Shown: one piece after another, positions 48,383-57,191 of the stretch
Layout of the letters: each line of letters starts with the position of its first letter
Position numbering within the stretch: position 1 is the first letter of the stretch
Origin: an uncultured Actinomycetes bacterium
GTDB lineage: Bacteria; Actinomycetota; Thermoleophilia; Gaiellales; Gaiellaceae
DNA: 64,000 bases
Direction of reading: 5' to 3'
Assembly: GCA_963791425.1 (NCBI GenBank)
Contig: CAWBSE010000003.1
Coordinates: 858,078 to 922,077, forward strand
Notes under the pieces: model-generated
What the model was told of the DNA's origin: nothing
What the model saw: only the letters and a program-made list of their open reading frames with translations
Databases searched by the model: none
Translations under genes and position numbers: made by a program

Positions 48383-48769
48383 CTAGGAGGCGAGTGCTTT
48401 CGCCTTCAGCGTGTCGAACTCGGCCTGGGTGATCGCGCCGGAGTCGAGAAGCTCCTTGCCCTTCGCGATCTGCTCGGCGCTGCTCGAGCCGGCGACGTCC
48501 TTGACGTAGCTGTCGAACTGCTGCTGCGACTGCTGCGCGTCCTTCTGCTGCCGCTCGGCGATCCCGTGCCCGTTCACGATCAGGTAGATGAACAGACCGA
48601 GGAACGGTGCGACCAGGATGAACAGGAACCACAGGGCCTTCTTGCCGCCGTGGATGTCGTGCCGGCGGAAGATGTCCACGATGACTCCGAAGAGCATCAT
48701 GAAGTAGACGACCATGAAGAAGATGACGATCAACGACCACAGGAAGGTCGTGAACTGGGTAGCGAGCAT
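48383..48769 (-). CDS. PLDc_N-type membrane domain plus SHOCT domain protein
   Basis: LWSLIVIFFMVVYFMMLFGVIVDIF..KALWFLFILVAPFLGLFIYLIV. C-terminus ELLDSGAITQAEFDTLKAKAL. Confidence 0.75.
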   Translation of the reverse strand: MLATQFTTFLWSLIVIFFMVVYFMMLFGVIVDIFRRHDIHGGKKALWFLFILVAPFLGLFIYLIVNGHGIAERQQKDAQQSQQQFDSYVKDVAGSSSAEQIAKGKELLDSGAITQAEFDTLKAKALAS

Positions 48770-48828
48770 TCGAGTCCTTTCTCAGGGTGGATTCGAGGTG
48801 ATCCTGCGCAACGCTACGCCCCGCGGCA

Positions 48829-49569
48829 TCACCCCGTCGGGGTGATCACTCCAGCGGGCAGGACGCCCTCGACCGGCAGGATCCGGACGTCGACCTCCGG
48901 CGCGAGCTCAGCGGCTGCACGCGCGAACGCCTCGGCCGGGGCCGATTCGCCCTTTCGCCGCCCTGCCCGGTAGGTGCCCCAGTGGATCGGGATTGCGATC
49001 GCCGGGCGCAGGAGTGCCAGCGCCGACGCTGCGCGTTGCGGGTCGAGATGCCCGGGGCCGAGTTTCTTCCCCCAGCCGGCCACGGGCAGCAGCGCGACGT
49101 CCAGGGGTGCGAACGCCGCCATGCCCGCGAAGAGGTCGGTGTCGCCCGCGAAGTAGACCGACCGGGTGCCGCGGAGGACGTAGCCGAGCGCCGGCCCGTG
49201 CGCGCCGCCCGGATGCCGCCGCCCGTCGTGCACGGCCTCGACCGCGTCGATCTGCACCCGGCCGAGCCTGATGCTCTCGCCCGGTTCGATCTCCCGGATG
49301 TCCGTGAAGCCGCGCAGCAACCCGGCGCCGCCGCGCGGCACCACGACCGGCAGGTCGCGCGCGAACCGTCGCAGCGACGGCAGGTCGAGGTGGTCGTAGT
49401 GCAGGTGTGAGAGGAGCACGCCGGTCGCGCCTTCCGGCGCCGGCGCGGCGCGATCGCGGCGCAGGTGAACGACGCGCCGGCGCAGCACGGGGTCGGTGAC
49501 GATCCGCTCGCCGTCGAGGTCGATGACGACGGTCGCGTGCCCGAGCCAGGTGATCGATTCGCTCACCAT
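48829..49569 (-). CDS. MBL-fold metallo-hydrolase
   Basis: WLGHATVVIDLDG..VLLSHLHYDHLD..YFAGDTD. Confidence 0.8.
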   Translation of the reverse strand: MVSESITWLGHATVVIDLDGERIVTDPVLRRRVVHLRRDRAAPAPEGATGVLLSHLHYDHLDLPSLRRFARDLPVVVPRGGAGLLRGFTDIREIEPGESIRLGRVQIDAVEAVHDGRRHPGGAHGPALGYVLRGTRSVYFAGDTDLFAGMAAFAPLDVALLPVAGWGKKLGPGHLDPQRAASALALLRPAIAIPIHWGTYRAGRRKGESAPAEAFARAAAELAPEVDVRILPVEGVLPAGVITPTG

Positions 49570-49604
49570 GGTGATTCTCGTATTCCGCGGGGCTCTATGG
49601 CAGC

Positions 49605-50078
49605 ATGACCGCGATGACCCGGGCAGGCATCCTCATCGTCGTCCTCGCGTTTGCACTGGTTCTGGCCACGTCGGCCGGCTCCGTGATCGTCCCGCAGCGC
49701 AGCATCGGTGGGGTCAAGATCGGGATGACCCAGGCGCAGGTGAAGGCGGTTCTCGGCACGCCGCGTGTCAAGCGCGGGTCGAACGACTTCGGCTCGTACG
49801 TGACCTTCCTCTACACCGGCTACACGGTGCACTTCCAGGGCGTGACCAACGTCACCCAGATCGACACGAGCTCCCGCAAGGAGCGCACTGCATCCGGCGT
49901 CGGCGTCGGCTCGACGAAGGCCCAGGTGAAGGTGGGTGTCGCCGGCGTGAAGTGCGAGGGCCCGGCCTCCGCCGGCCACTGCTACCTCGGCAAGTTCGTG
50001 CCAGGCGCGCACGTGACGGACTTCTTCCTGAAGAACGGGAAGGTCACGAACGTGATCGTCGGCATCGTCATCGACTAG
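49605..50078 (+). CDS. Secreted hypothetical protein
   Basis: Signal/TM MTAMTRAGILIVVLAFALVLATSAG. GC3-rich. No domain recognised. Confidence 0.5.
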   Translation: MTAMTRAGILIVVLAFALVLATSAGSVIVPQRSIGGVKIGMTQAQVKAVLGTPRVKRGSNDFGSYVTFLYTGYTVHFQGVTNVTQIDTSSRKERTASGVGVGSTKAQVKVGVAGVKCEGPASAGHCYLGKFVPGAHVTDFFLKNGKVTNVIVGIVID

Positions 50079-50086
50079 ACCGGCGG

Positions 50087-51052
50087 CTAGAAGTTCCGCC
50101 GTCGCAGCACGACGCCGAGCGGCACGACCGCGGCGACGACGAACCACGGCGCCAGGTCGTGACGGCCGGTGGTCGAGCCGAGGTTGGCCGTCGGCCCTGA
50201 CCCGAGTGCGGCCAGCGCCGCCTGCTCGGCGCCGCCGATGTGGTGCTCGTCGAACGACTTCCCGCGGGTGGCGTCGAGGAACTGCTTCAGCGTGTCGCCC
50301 TCCGCCGGGGGCGGGATGTACGCGCTCTCGGCCTGTCCGCTCGGGCCGAAGACCCTCTCGCCCTTCGCGCCGATCCGGATCAGGACGACCGACGTTCGCG
50401 GCCGCGCCTCGAAGCTCTTCTTGACGCCGGCGTAGTTGAACCCGGTGCTCTCGGCGTCGGTCAGGATCACCAGCAGCCGCTTCGTCGCGCCCGGCTTGAA
50501 GTAGCCCTCGAGCGGGAACGGCGCGACCGCGTCGAAGCTCGAGATCGTCGTGCTGCTCTGGAGGCCGGGCGGCTGCTCGATGCCCAGCGACTGCCGGACC
50601 GCGGCCGTGAACGCCTCGCGGTCGGGGGTGGGGAGCAGCAGCGGGAGCGGCCGGTCGGTGAACGTGCCGAGGCCCGTCGGCACGGAGGGGAAGGCGGCGC
50701 GGAGCTCCTGGGCGATGCGCCGGGCGCGGTCGAGCCGGACGGTCGTGTCCGCGGTGCGTGACGCCAGCATCGAGCGTGACGTGTCGACGGCGACGAACGC
50801 CTCGGCGTCGAGCCGGGCGTTGCGAGGCTTCTCGGTGCGGAAGACCGGCTGCGCGGCGGCCACCGCGAGCGCGAGCGAGAGCGCGACGATCGAGACCGGC
50901 AGGGTGAGCCGTTCGCGCCGGCTCGTCGTCGGGAGCCCGAGCAGCGCCTGCGCCCGTGCGTTCCGGCGGTCGACGGCGATCGCGATCGCCAGCGGCACGA
51001 GCCCGACGAGGGCGACGAGCGCGGCGGCGGGCGAGATGAAGTGGAGGTGCAT
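50087..51052 (-). CDS. VWA-domain membrane protein (BatA-like)
   Basis: ATG at 51052. N-terminal TM segments. MIDAS-like FVAVDTSRSM. C-terminal TM. Confidence 0.7.
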   Translation of the reverse strand: MHLHFISPAAALVALVGLVPLAIAIAVDRRNARAQALLGLPTTSRRERLTLPVSIVALSLALAVAAAQPVFRTEKPRNARLDAEAFVAVDTSRSMLASRTADTTVRLDRARRIAQELRAAFPSVPTGLGTFTDRPLPLLLPTPDREAFTAAVRQSLGIEQPPGLQSSTTISSFDAVAPFPLEGYFKPGATKRLLVILTDAESTGFNYAGVKKSFEARPRTSVVLIRIGAKGERVFGPSGQAESAYIPPPAEGDTLKQFLDATRGKSFDEHHIGGAEQAALAALGSGPTANLGSTTGRHDLAPWFVVAAVVPLGVVLRRRNF

Positions 51053-51678
51053 CAGTACCCGTGCCCGGGCGCGGACGTGCTCGCGCCCTCGTGAGCCGAG
51101 CGCTGCAGCTGCTCGCGCCCGCGCACCGACGACCTGAACGAGTTCTGCTGGTAGAGCAGCTCGAGGTTCGCCTTCGCCTGCTCGTTCGACGGGTCGAGCC
51201 GGATCGCGTCCTGGAACTCGAAGAGGCTGCGATCGATCGGCACGCTGCCGTTGCGCGCCGCGGCCGCGTCGACGAGCGCGAGGATGCCGAGCATGTTCGA
51301 CGCGGCCGATGCCCGCTCCCGGTTCGAGTCGGTGCGGATCGAGTGCGCGAGCGCGGTCTCGGCGCGGATCCGGAGCGCCCCGCCGTCGGTGCTGCTCTCG
51401 AACTCCGGATCGCGGGTGTAGGCGCGGCGGAAGAGCATCGCGGCGTGTCGGAACGCGAGGTCGTCGCCGAGGCCGAGCACGCGCCGCGCGGGCGAGAACG
51501 GCAACGCCTCGTCGTTCGACCACGTCGCACGCCGGGGGTGCACCGGGTCGGCGGCGGCCACGTCGCCCGCGCGCATCGCCGCCGGCCAGCGGCCGACGTC
51601 CCGGGCGAGCACGGCGAGCAGGATCGCGGCGATCGCGCAGATGCCGGCCGCGCCGAGGAGGATCAGCTTCCCCCTCAC
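51052..51678 (-). CDS. Membrane-anchored hypothetical protein of the MoxR/VWA operon
   Basis: GTG at 51678 (GTGA overlap). One TM (LILLGAAGICAIAAILLAVLA), then a helical domain. Confidence 0.5.
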   Translation of the reverse strand: MRGKLILLGAAGICAIAAILLAVLARDVGRWPAAMRAGDVAAADPVHPRRATWSNDEALPFSPARRVLGLGDDLAFRHAAMLFRRAYTRDPEFESSTDGGALRIRAETALAHSIRTDSNRERASAASNMLGILALVDAAAARNGSVPIDRSLFEFQDAIRLDPSNEQAKANLELLYQQNSFRSSVRGREQLQRSAHEGASTSAPGHGY

Positions 51679-52469
51679 GCTTCGAGCCTCCTGCGTCCCC
51701 AGGTCAGCGCCCCGAGGATCTGCTCGTTCAGCGCGAGCAGCAGCGCGACCAGCGCGATCACCACGACGAGCGTGACCGGGAACCCTCCGCCGCCGCTCCC
51801 GGCGGTCACCGACCGCAGCGTCGTCACCGAACCGCCCCCCTGCAGCGCGTCGCGGAAGAAGGCCTCGTCCTGCTTCGTCGGGTTCACCGCGATCATCCGG
51901 ATCGGGATGTTCTCCCGCTGGAACGTGACCAGGTTCTTGGCGAGATCGGTCTCGTCGCTCGGCGAGTCGTCGAGATCGCTGATCAGCACGACCGAGCCGT
52001 TCTTCACGTGCGCCCGGAGGAGCATGCGGTGCGCCAGATCGAGGCCCGCGCCGATGCGAGTCCCGGCCGAGAACGTCGCCCGCCACGGGTCCGCGCCGGC
52101 GCCCTTGAAGAACCGCAGAAACGGCCGTAGCGCCTCCGCCCGCGTCCCCAGCGGGAGCGCCATGTATGCCGTGTCGGAGAAGAGGACGAGCCCGAGCCGG
52201 CGGCCCGAGTCGACGAAGCCCTTCAGGGTCTGCTCGATCAGCTTGGACTTGTCGTACGAGACGCTCCAGGAGAGGTCGAGCGCGATCACCGGGCTCCGGC
52301 CCGCCTCGAGGTACGCGTCCGTCCGCGAGTGCTTGTGCGTCAACTGGAACGCAGCGACGAGCCCGCCGACGAGCAGCACCGCGAGCCCGATCCGCGCGGC
52401 GAGCGTCCAGCGCGCCTTGCCGGCGAACGCACGCGCCGAGGAGAACGGGATCGACGGGCGGGCCTTCAC
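51675..52469 (-). CDS. VWA-domain protein
   Basis: VIALDLSWSVS (MIDAS DxSxS) and VVLISDLDDS. TM segments at both ends. Confidence 0.7.
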   Translation of the reverse strand: MKARPSIPFSSARAFAGKARWTLAARIGLAVLLVGGLVAAFQLTHKHSRTDAYLEAGRSPVIALDLSWSVSYDKSKLIEQTLKGFVDSGRRLGLVLFSDTAYMALPLGTRAEALRPFLRFFKGAGADPWRATFSAGTRIGAGLDLAHRMLLRAHVKNGSVVLISDLDDSPSDETDLAKNLVTFQRENIPIRMIAVNPTKQDEAFFRDALQGGGSVTTLRSVTAGSGGGGFPVTLVVVIALVALLLALNEQILGALTWGRRRLEA

Positions 52470-53356
52470 TCCGCGCCCTCCGCGGTCTCGACCTCGGCGG
52501 CGAAGTCGCCGGCCGCCTGCCCGGTCGGCGCGCTCGCAGACCAGGCCAGACGCCGCGCCTCGTTCGCCTCGGTGGGCCGCTCGACCGTGCGCAACTCACG
52601 GCCGAGCCAGCCCAGCGCCTTCCGCCGCTCGGCCGGCTTCCCGTTGGCGCTGCTCGCGCGCACCGCACGGAGCGCCTGCTCGAGCCGCGACACGGACGGC
52701 CCGCGGTCGCCGCCGCGCTCCGGCCGCAACGCGAACCAGGCGAGTGCCGCCGCGGCGACGGCGAGCAGGCCTGCGAGCAGGGTCAGCAGCGTCCGCAGTG
52801 TCCCGGGGTCGACGCGGTACGTCGGCGCGGGCAGGGCCGCCTCGTAGCGGAGGCTCGTCGCCGGGCTCTTGCGGTCGTGGTCGGTCACCCGGGAGAGGAG
52901 CTGGTACGAGGGCCAGGGCACGCGCTGCGTGACGGTGGCCCCGTCACGCGTCCGGTACGAGACGACCGCGGTCTGGAACTGCCGCACCGCCCGGCTGCGC
53001 TCCGGCGTGCAGGCCGGGATCAGGCACTCGAGCGCGAAGCGATACGAGACGAGCTCCCCCGTGCCGCGCGTCCGTACCACGCTCGTCTTCGCCAGCCGCC
53101 ACGCGCCGAACCGCGGGCGCACCTCGATCGCGGACGGGTCGATCCTGGCCGGGTCGACGAGGAGGTCGAGCCGCGCGGTGAGCGGATCGCCGAACGACAC
53201 CGTGCCGGTGGAGAGCGAGGTGGTCGCGCTGAACGCCCTGGCCGGGCCGGCCGCGGTGCTGCCGCCGCCGAACCAGCCCTGCGCGATTGCGACGACGAGC
53301 AGGAGCGCGACCACGGCGGCACCCGCGACCCAGGCCCACTGCCGCCTCACCGCCAC
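52466..53356 (-). CDS. Two-TM hypothetical protein of the MoxR/VWA operon
   Basis: 296-aa ORF with overlapping start and stop codons on both sides. TM segments at the N-terminus and at TLLTLLAGLLAVAAAALAWFAL. Confidence 0.5.
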   Translation of the reverse strand: MAVRRQWAWVAGAAVVALLLVVAIAQGWFGGGSTAAGPARAFSATTSLSTGTVSFGDPLTARLDLLVDPARIDPSAIEVRPRFGAWRLAKTSVVRTRGTGELVSYRFALECLIPACTPERSRAVRQFQTAVVSYRTRDGATVTQRVPWPSYQLLSRVTDHDRKSPATSLRYEAALPAPTYRVDPGTLRTLLTLLAGLLAVAAAALAWFALRPERGGDRGPSVSRLEQALRAVRASSANGKPAERRKALGWLGRELRTVERPTEANEARRLAWSASAPTGQAAGDFAAEVETAEGAE

Positions 53357-54267
53357 TCACCCCGCCGGTACGCGATGCGACAGTCGGCCCAGTCGAAGAA
53401 CGCGCGGACGACGACGGCCGGGTCGGGGTCCCCGATCACCACGTAGTCGAGACCGAGGCTGGCGAACTCGCCGAGGAGCGTGGCCAGCCGGGCCTCGTGC
53501 GCCTCCTGCAGCCGCCGGGCCTCGGTCCGCGAGATCCGCACGCGGCGCACGCGGCTGGTTCCCGGGTCGGCGAAGGGAACGACCAGCCCGTCGACCGCCG
53601 GGAAGCTCTGTTCCCAGAGCGGATCCTGGATCACCACCGGCACGACGTCCCAGCGGTAGCCGAGCGCCCGCAGCCACGCCTCGGGGGGAGGCGGCGCGAG
53701 GAAGTCGGAGCAGACGAAGACGAAGGTGCCGGCCGGGAGCGACCGCCGGTTGCGCGCCAGCCGGTCGAGCGCGGGCTCGATTCCCTCCGCGGGAGCATCG
53801 AACGCGGCCGCCGCCTGGCGGGTGTCGATCTCGTCGAGCGACGCGCCCGGCCGCGGCGCGAACCAGCCGTCGCCTGCAGCCGTGTCGAGGTAGCCGGCGA
53901 GGCCGAGCTCCGCCACCGACGCGGACGCGACGGCGCCCCAGACCGACCGGAGTGCCGCCGGCTTCGACAGCCAGGGCAGGTCGTCCGGGTACAGGCTCAT
54001 CGACGCGGCGTAGTCGGCGATCACGACCGTCCGCGGCGCCTCGTCGGCGAAGTCCTCACGGACGATGAACTCGGCGTCGCCGCGGATCGAGGACATCCGG
54101 GCAGAGAGCTTCCAGTCGATCAGCCCGGGGTCGTCGCCCGGGCGGTAGGCGCGCGTGCTCGCCACGCTCGATCCGATTCCGCGCCGAGCCGCCCGAAGGC
54201 GACCGAAGGCCGAGCCGACCGGCCGCCAGCGGGGGACGAGGGGAAACGTCAGCTCGCTGACGTCCAC
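53347..54267 (-). CDS. DUF58-domain protein
   Basis: GTG at 54267. RAYRPGDDPGLIDWKLSAR is the DUF58 hallmark. Directly downstream of moxR. Confidence 0.75.
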   Translation of the reverse strand: MDVSELTFPLVPRWRPVGSAFGRLRAARRGIGSSVASTRAYRPGDDPGLIDWKLSARMSSIRGDAEFIVREDFADEAPRTVVIADYAASMSLYPDDLPWLSKPAALRSVWGAVASASVAELGLAGYLDTAAGDGWFAPRPGASLDEIDTRQAAAAFDAPAEGIEPALDRLARNRRSLPAGTFVFVCSDFLAPPPPEAWLRALGYRWDVVPVVIQDPLWEQSFPAVDGLVVPFADPGTSRVRRVRISRTEARRLQEAHEARLATLLGEFASLGLDYVVIGDPDPAVVVRAFFDWADCRIAYRRGEWR

Positions 54268-55295
54268 CTCGGACCGCGAACGCCGGCGACGTCTTCGAGC
54301 TCGGGCGGCGGCGCCACCTCGATGCAGCGTGCGTACATCTCGAGCAGGATCTCCTCGCGCGTGCGGCCGCGCGACTCGGCGATGAACGACGGTGCGAACA
54401 CGAGCCGGTGGCCGAGCACGGGCGCGAACATCCGCTCGACGTCGTCGGGCGTCGCGTACTCGCGGCCGTCGAGCAGTGCCCAGGCCCTGGCTGCCCGTTC
54501 GAGCGCCAGGCTGCCGCGCACCGACGCACCGATCGAGACCTCCGGCAGCTCCCGCGTCACGCGCACGAGTGCGATCGTCCACCGGCGGACGAGGTCGTCC
54601 ATGTATACGGCGCCGAGCGCTGCCTCGAGCCGGTCGAGCTCGGCGGCGTTCACCACCGGCTGGAGGCGGTCGAGCGGGTGGCCGTCGTGCTGGTCGAGGA
54701 CGATCCCCAGCTCGTCGTCCTCGTCGGGGTAGCCGAGCCGCGCCTTGAGGAAGAAGCGGTCGAGCTGGGCCTCCGGCAGCGGGAAGACTCCCTCGAACTC
54801 GATCGGGTTCTCGGTGGCGAGGACCAGGAACGGCTGCGGGAGCACGTACGTGTGCCCGTCGATCGTCACCTGGCGCTCCGCCATCGCCTCGAGCAGCGCC
54901 GACTGGGTCTTCGGCATCGCGCGGTTGATCTCGTCGACGAGCACGACGTTCGCGAACAGCGGCCCGCGCCGGAACTCGAAGTCGCGCGTCTTCTGGTCGT
55001 AGATGTTCACGCCGGTCACATCCGACGGCTGCAGGTCCGGCGTGCACTGGATCCGCGCGAAGGCGGTGTCCTCGATGCTCCGCGCGATCGCGCGGGCGAG
55101 GACGGTCTTCCCCGTTCCCGGCACGTCCTCGAACAGGACGTGGCCGTGGCAGGCGAGTGCGGCGAGGATCAGCTTGATCTCCTCGCGCTTTCCGCGGAGG
55201 ACACGCTCGATGTTCGCGAGCAGCCGGTCGCCGATCTCGACGGCGTCGGCCAGCCGCGGGTCCCCGGCCGGTTGCCTCTCGGTTTCCGGCTTCAC
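54249..55295 (-). CDS. MoxR-family AAA+ ATPase
   Basis: GHVLFEDVPGTGKTVLARA (Walker A), VVLVDEINRAMPKTQSALLEAM, LVLATENP. Confidence 0.9.
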   Translation of the reverse strand: MKPETERQPAGDPRLADAVEIGDRLLANIERVLRGKREEIKLILAALACHGHVLFEDVPGTGKTVLARAIARSIEDTAFARIQCTPDLQPSDVTGVNIYDQKTRDFEFRRGPLFANVVLVDEINRAMPKTQSALLEAMAERQVTIDGHTYVLPQPFLVLATENPIEFEGVFPLPEAQLDRFFLKARLGYPDEDDELGIVLDQHDGHPLDRLQPVVNAAELDRLEAALGAVYMDDLVRRWTIALVRVTRELPEVSIGASVRGSLALERAARAWALLDGREYATPDDVERMFAPVLGHRLVFAPSFIAESRGRTREEILLEMYARCIEVAPPPELEDVAGVRGPRWTSAS

Positions 55296-55322
55296 CGCGG
55301 GAGTATGGCGCAGGACCAGGCG

Positions 55323-55356
55323 CGTCTCGGGGACAGACCCATACCTGTCCCCGAGA
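55323..55356 (-). terminator. Strong hairpin between the collagen-like gene and moxR
   Basis: GTCTCGGGGACAG-acccatac-CTGTCCCCGAGAC, a 13-bp perfect stem. Confidence 0.55.
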
Positions 55357-55383
55357 CGTCAGAACTGCCTGGGAGTTAGTGCG

Positions 55384-56175
55384 CTAGCTGACCTTGACGC
55401 GCTCGACGACGAGCGACCAGTTCCTGAGGTCGAGCGAAGTGGAGCCGTTGGAGGTCGAGAACTGCACCTTCACCACGTGCGCGCCGGCGGCGAGATTGCC
55501 GCTGTACCGGACGATCGCGTGGCTCTCGAAGTCGTTCGAGCTCTTCGCATTGAACGTGTTGACGATGGGACCGGTGCTCGTGGTCTTCAGGCCGAGGTCA
55601 TTGTTGTCGAACGCGGTGCTGCCGCTCGATACAGGGTTGAGATCGGTGCTGTCGACGATGACCTTCACCTGGCAGGTGCGAAGTGCCGAGCCGCCGTAGC
55701 AGGCCGAGTCGGACGAGAAGTGCGCGATGAGCACGTCGGTCTCACCCGCCGGGACGGTCACGGTCAGGACTGCGTTGCTGACGTCGGTGAACGAGGTGCT
55801 GGCCGTCGTGGTCGTGCTCGTGCTCGACACGGACTGCACCTGCGCGACGTAGCCCGGCGCTGCGACGCCTGCCGCGCCTGCCGGTCCTGCCGGTCCCGCC
55901 GGACCCGCCGGTCCTGCCGGACCTGCCGGGACCTGGCCGGCCCTGAAGTCGGCCCTGAGCAGCGAGCCGTTCAGCACCTTCGACGAGTTGACTGCATTTG
56001 CCTTGATCTTCGACGAGTTGACTGCATTTGCCTTGATCTGGAGCGGGCCGACGCTGTTTCTCGGCACGACGATCCGTACGGCCGCGACACTCGTGCCTGC
56101 GAGGGCGATGAGCAGCGCGACGCAGGCGACGACCATCGCGGGCGACGGGCTCAGACGGCGTAGACGTTTTTTCAA
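55384..56175 (-). CDS. Membrane-anchored collagen-like (GPA-repeat) protein with beta-rich C-terminal domain
   Basis: TTG at 56175 after AGGAGG (or ATG near 56139). TM VVACVALLIALAGTSVAA. Tandem IKANAVNSSK x2. PAGPAGPAGPAGPAGPAG. Confidence 0.7.
   Translation of the reverse strand: MKKRLRRLSPSPAMVVACVALLIALAGTSVAAVRIVVPRNSVGPLQIKANAVNSSKIKANAVNSSKVLNGSLLRADFRAGQVPAGPAGPAGPAGPAGPAGAAGVAAPGYVAQVQSVSSTSTTTTASTSFTDVSNAVLTVTVPAGETDVLIAHFSSDSACYGGSALRTCQVKVIVDSTDLNPVSSGSTAFDNNDLGLKTTSTGPIVNTFNAKSSNDFESHAIVRYSGNLAAGAHVVKVQFSTSNGSTSLDLRNWSLVVERVKVS
55981..56040. repeat. 30-bp tandem duplication inside the collagen-like gene
   Basis: CGACGAGTTGACTGCATTTGCCTTGATCT[T/G] occurs twice, 29/30 identical. 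Confidence 0.9.
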
Positions 56176-56618
56176 GGGAAGTACCTCCTGATGGGCGACG
56201 TCTGCTGTTTCACAGCTTGACTGCCGCTCCGGCCAGTTCCCCCCGGCCGTCCCTCGAATGAGGGCTTGAGCAGCGCCTCGATCGTAACTACGTCTTGTAA
56301 AGAGGCTGTTGGGGAGGGGAATCGCATCCGTTGTCGCATGTTTCGCGGTCGCCGCGGTGGGTACATCCGCCGCCGCCGCGAGTCCCGCGTGGGCTTTGCC
56401 TGCGACGCGACGAAGTACGGCGGCGGCGCGCAACTCTTCGACAAGCTGAAGGCGGTTGAGGCGACCGAGAGCCGCGTCGCGGTCTTCTGGGACCCGACCC
56501 AGCCGGACACGATCCAGGAGAAGCCGTTCCTCGACCGGATGCTCCCCGCGCCGTTCATCGTCTCGCCTCGGTAGAAAGCCCCGATGCCCGGGAGGGCAAC
56601 CCGGGCGAAAGTTTCGCC

Positions 56619-57104
56619 GTGCGCAGGCTGCTCCCACGTCGCCGCTGGCTGCGGATCGTCGTCTACTGCGTCCTCGGCGCGGTGGGCCTGCTCGCGGTCG
56701 CGCAGGTGATCCCCTACGGCCGCGGCCACTCGAACCCGCCGGTGACGAAGGAGCCGGCCTGGGACTCGTCCCGGACGCGCGAGCTGGCGAAGCGCGCGTG
56801 CTTCGACTGCCACAGCAACGAGACGACCTGGCCCTGGTACAGCAACGTCGCGCCCGAGTCGTGGTTGATCCAGCGCGACGTCGACGCGGGCCGCTCGACG
56901 CTGAACTTCTCCGAGTGGGACAAGCCGCAGGACACCGGGGTCGGCGACATCACCGAGGCGGTGAACGGCGGCGGCATGCCGCCCTGGTACTACACCCTCC
57001 TCCACTCGAGGTCGGGCCTCTCGAAGGCAGAGAAGCAGGAGCTCGTCGCGGGCCTGGCCAGGACGCTCGCAGCCTCCCCACCGATCGGTGGCGGAGGCGG
57101 TTAG
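56619..57104 (+). CDS. Heme-binding-domain (Haem_bd-like) membrane-anchored protein
   Basis: N-terminal TM. CFDCHS (CxxCH) followed by WPWYSNVAPESWLIQRDV..GGMPPWYY. Confidence 0.7.
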   Translation: MRRLLPRRRWLRIVVYCVLGAVGLLAVAQVIPYGRGHSNPPVTKEPAWDSSRTRELAKRACFDCHSNETTWPWYSNVAPESWLIQRDVDAGRSTLNFSEWDKPQDTGVGDITEAVNGGGMPPWYYTLLHSRSGLSKAEKQELVAGLARTLAASPPIGGGGG

Positions 57105-57191
57105 TCCTTCCCGACTTGAAACCGGCAGCGGTTCACTCGATACTCCTGGTTCGCAGGACGCGAAGCGATCCGAAGCAAGGAGGAGGTTGGA

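Noticed and set aside
55866-56040. Short tandem repeats that might suggest a CRISPR or minisatellite array
   Set aside because: The repeats lie inside a coding frame (GPA collagen triplets and a duplicated 10-aa unit). There are no spacers and no repeat-spacer periodicity. No CRISPR array was seen anywhere in the window.
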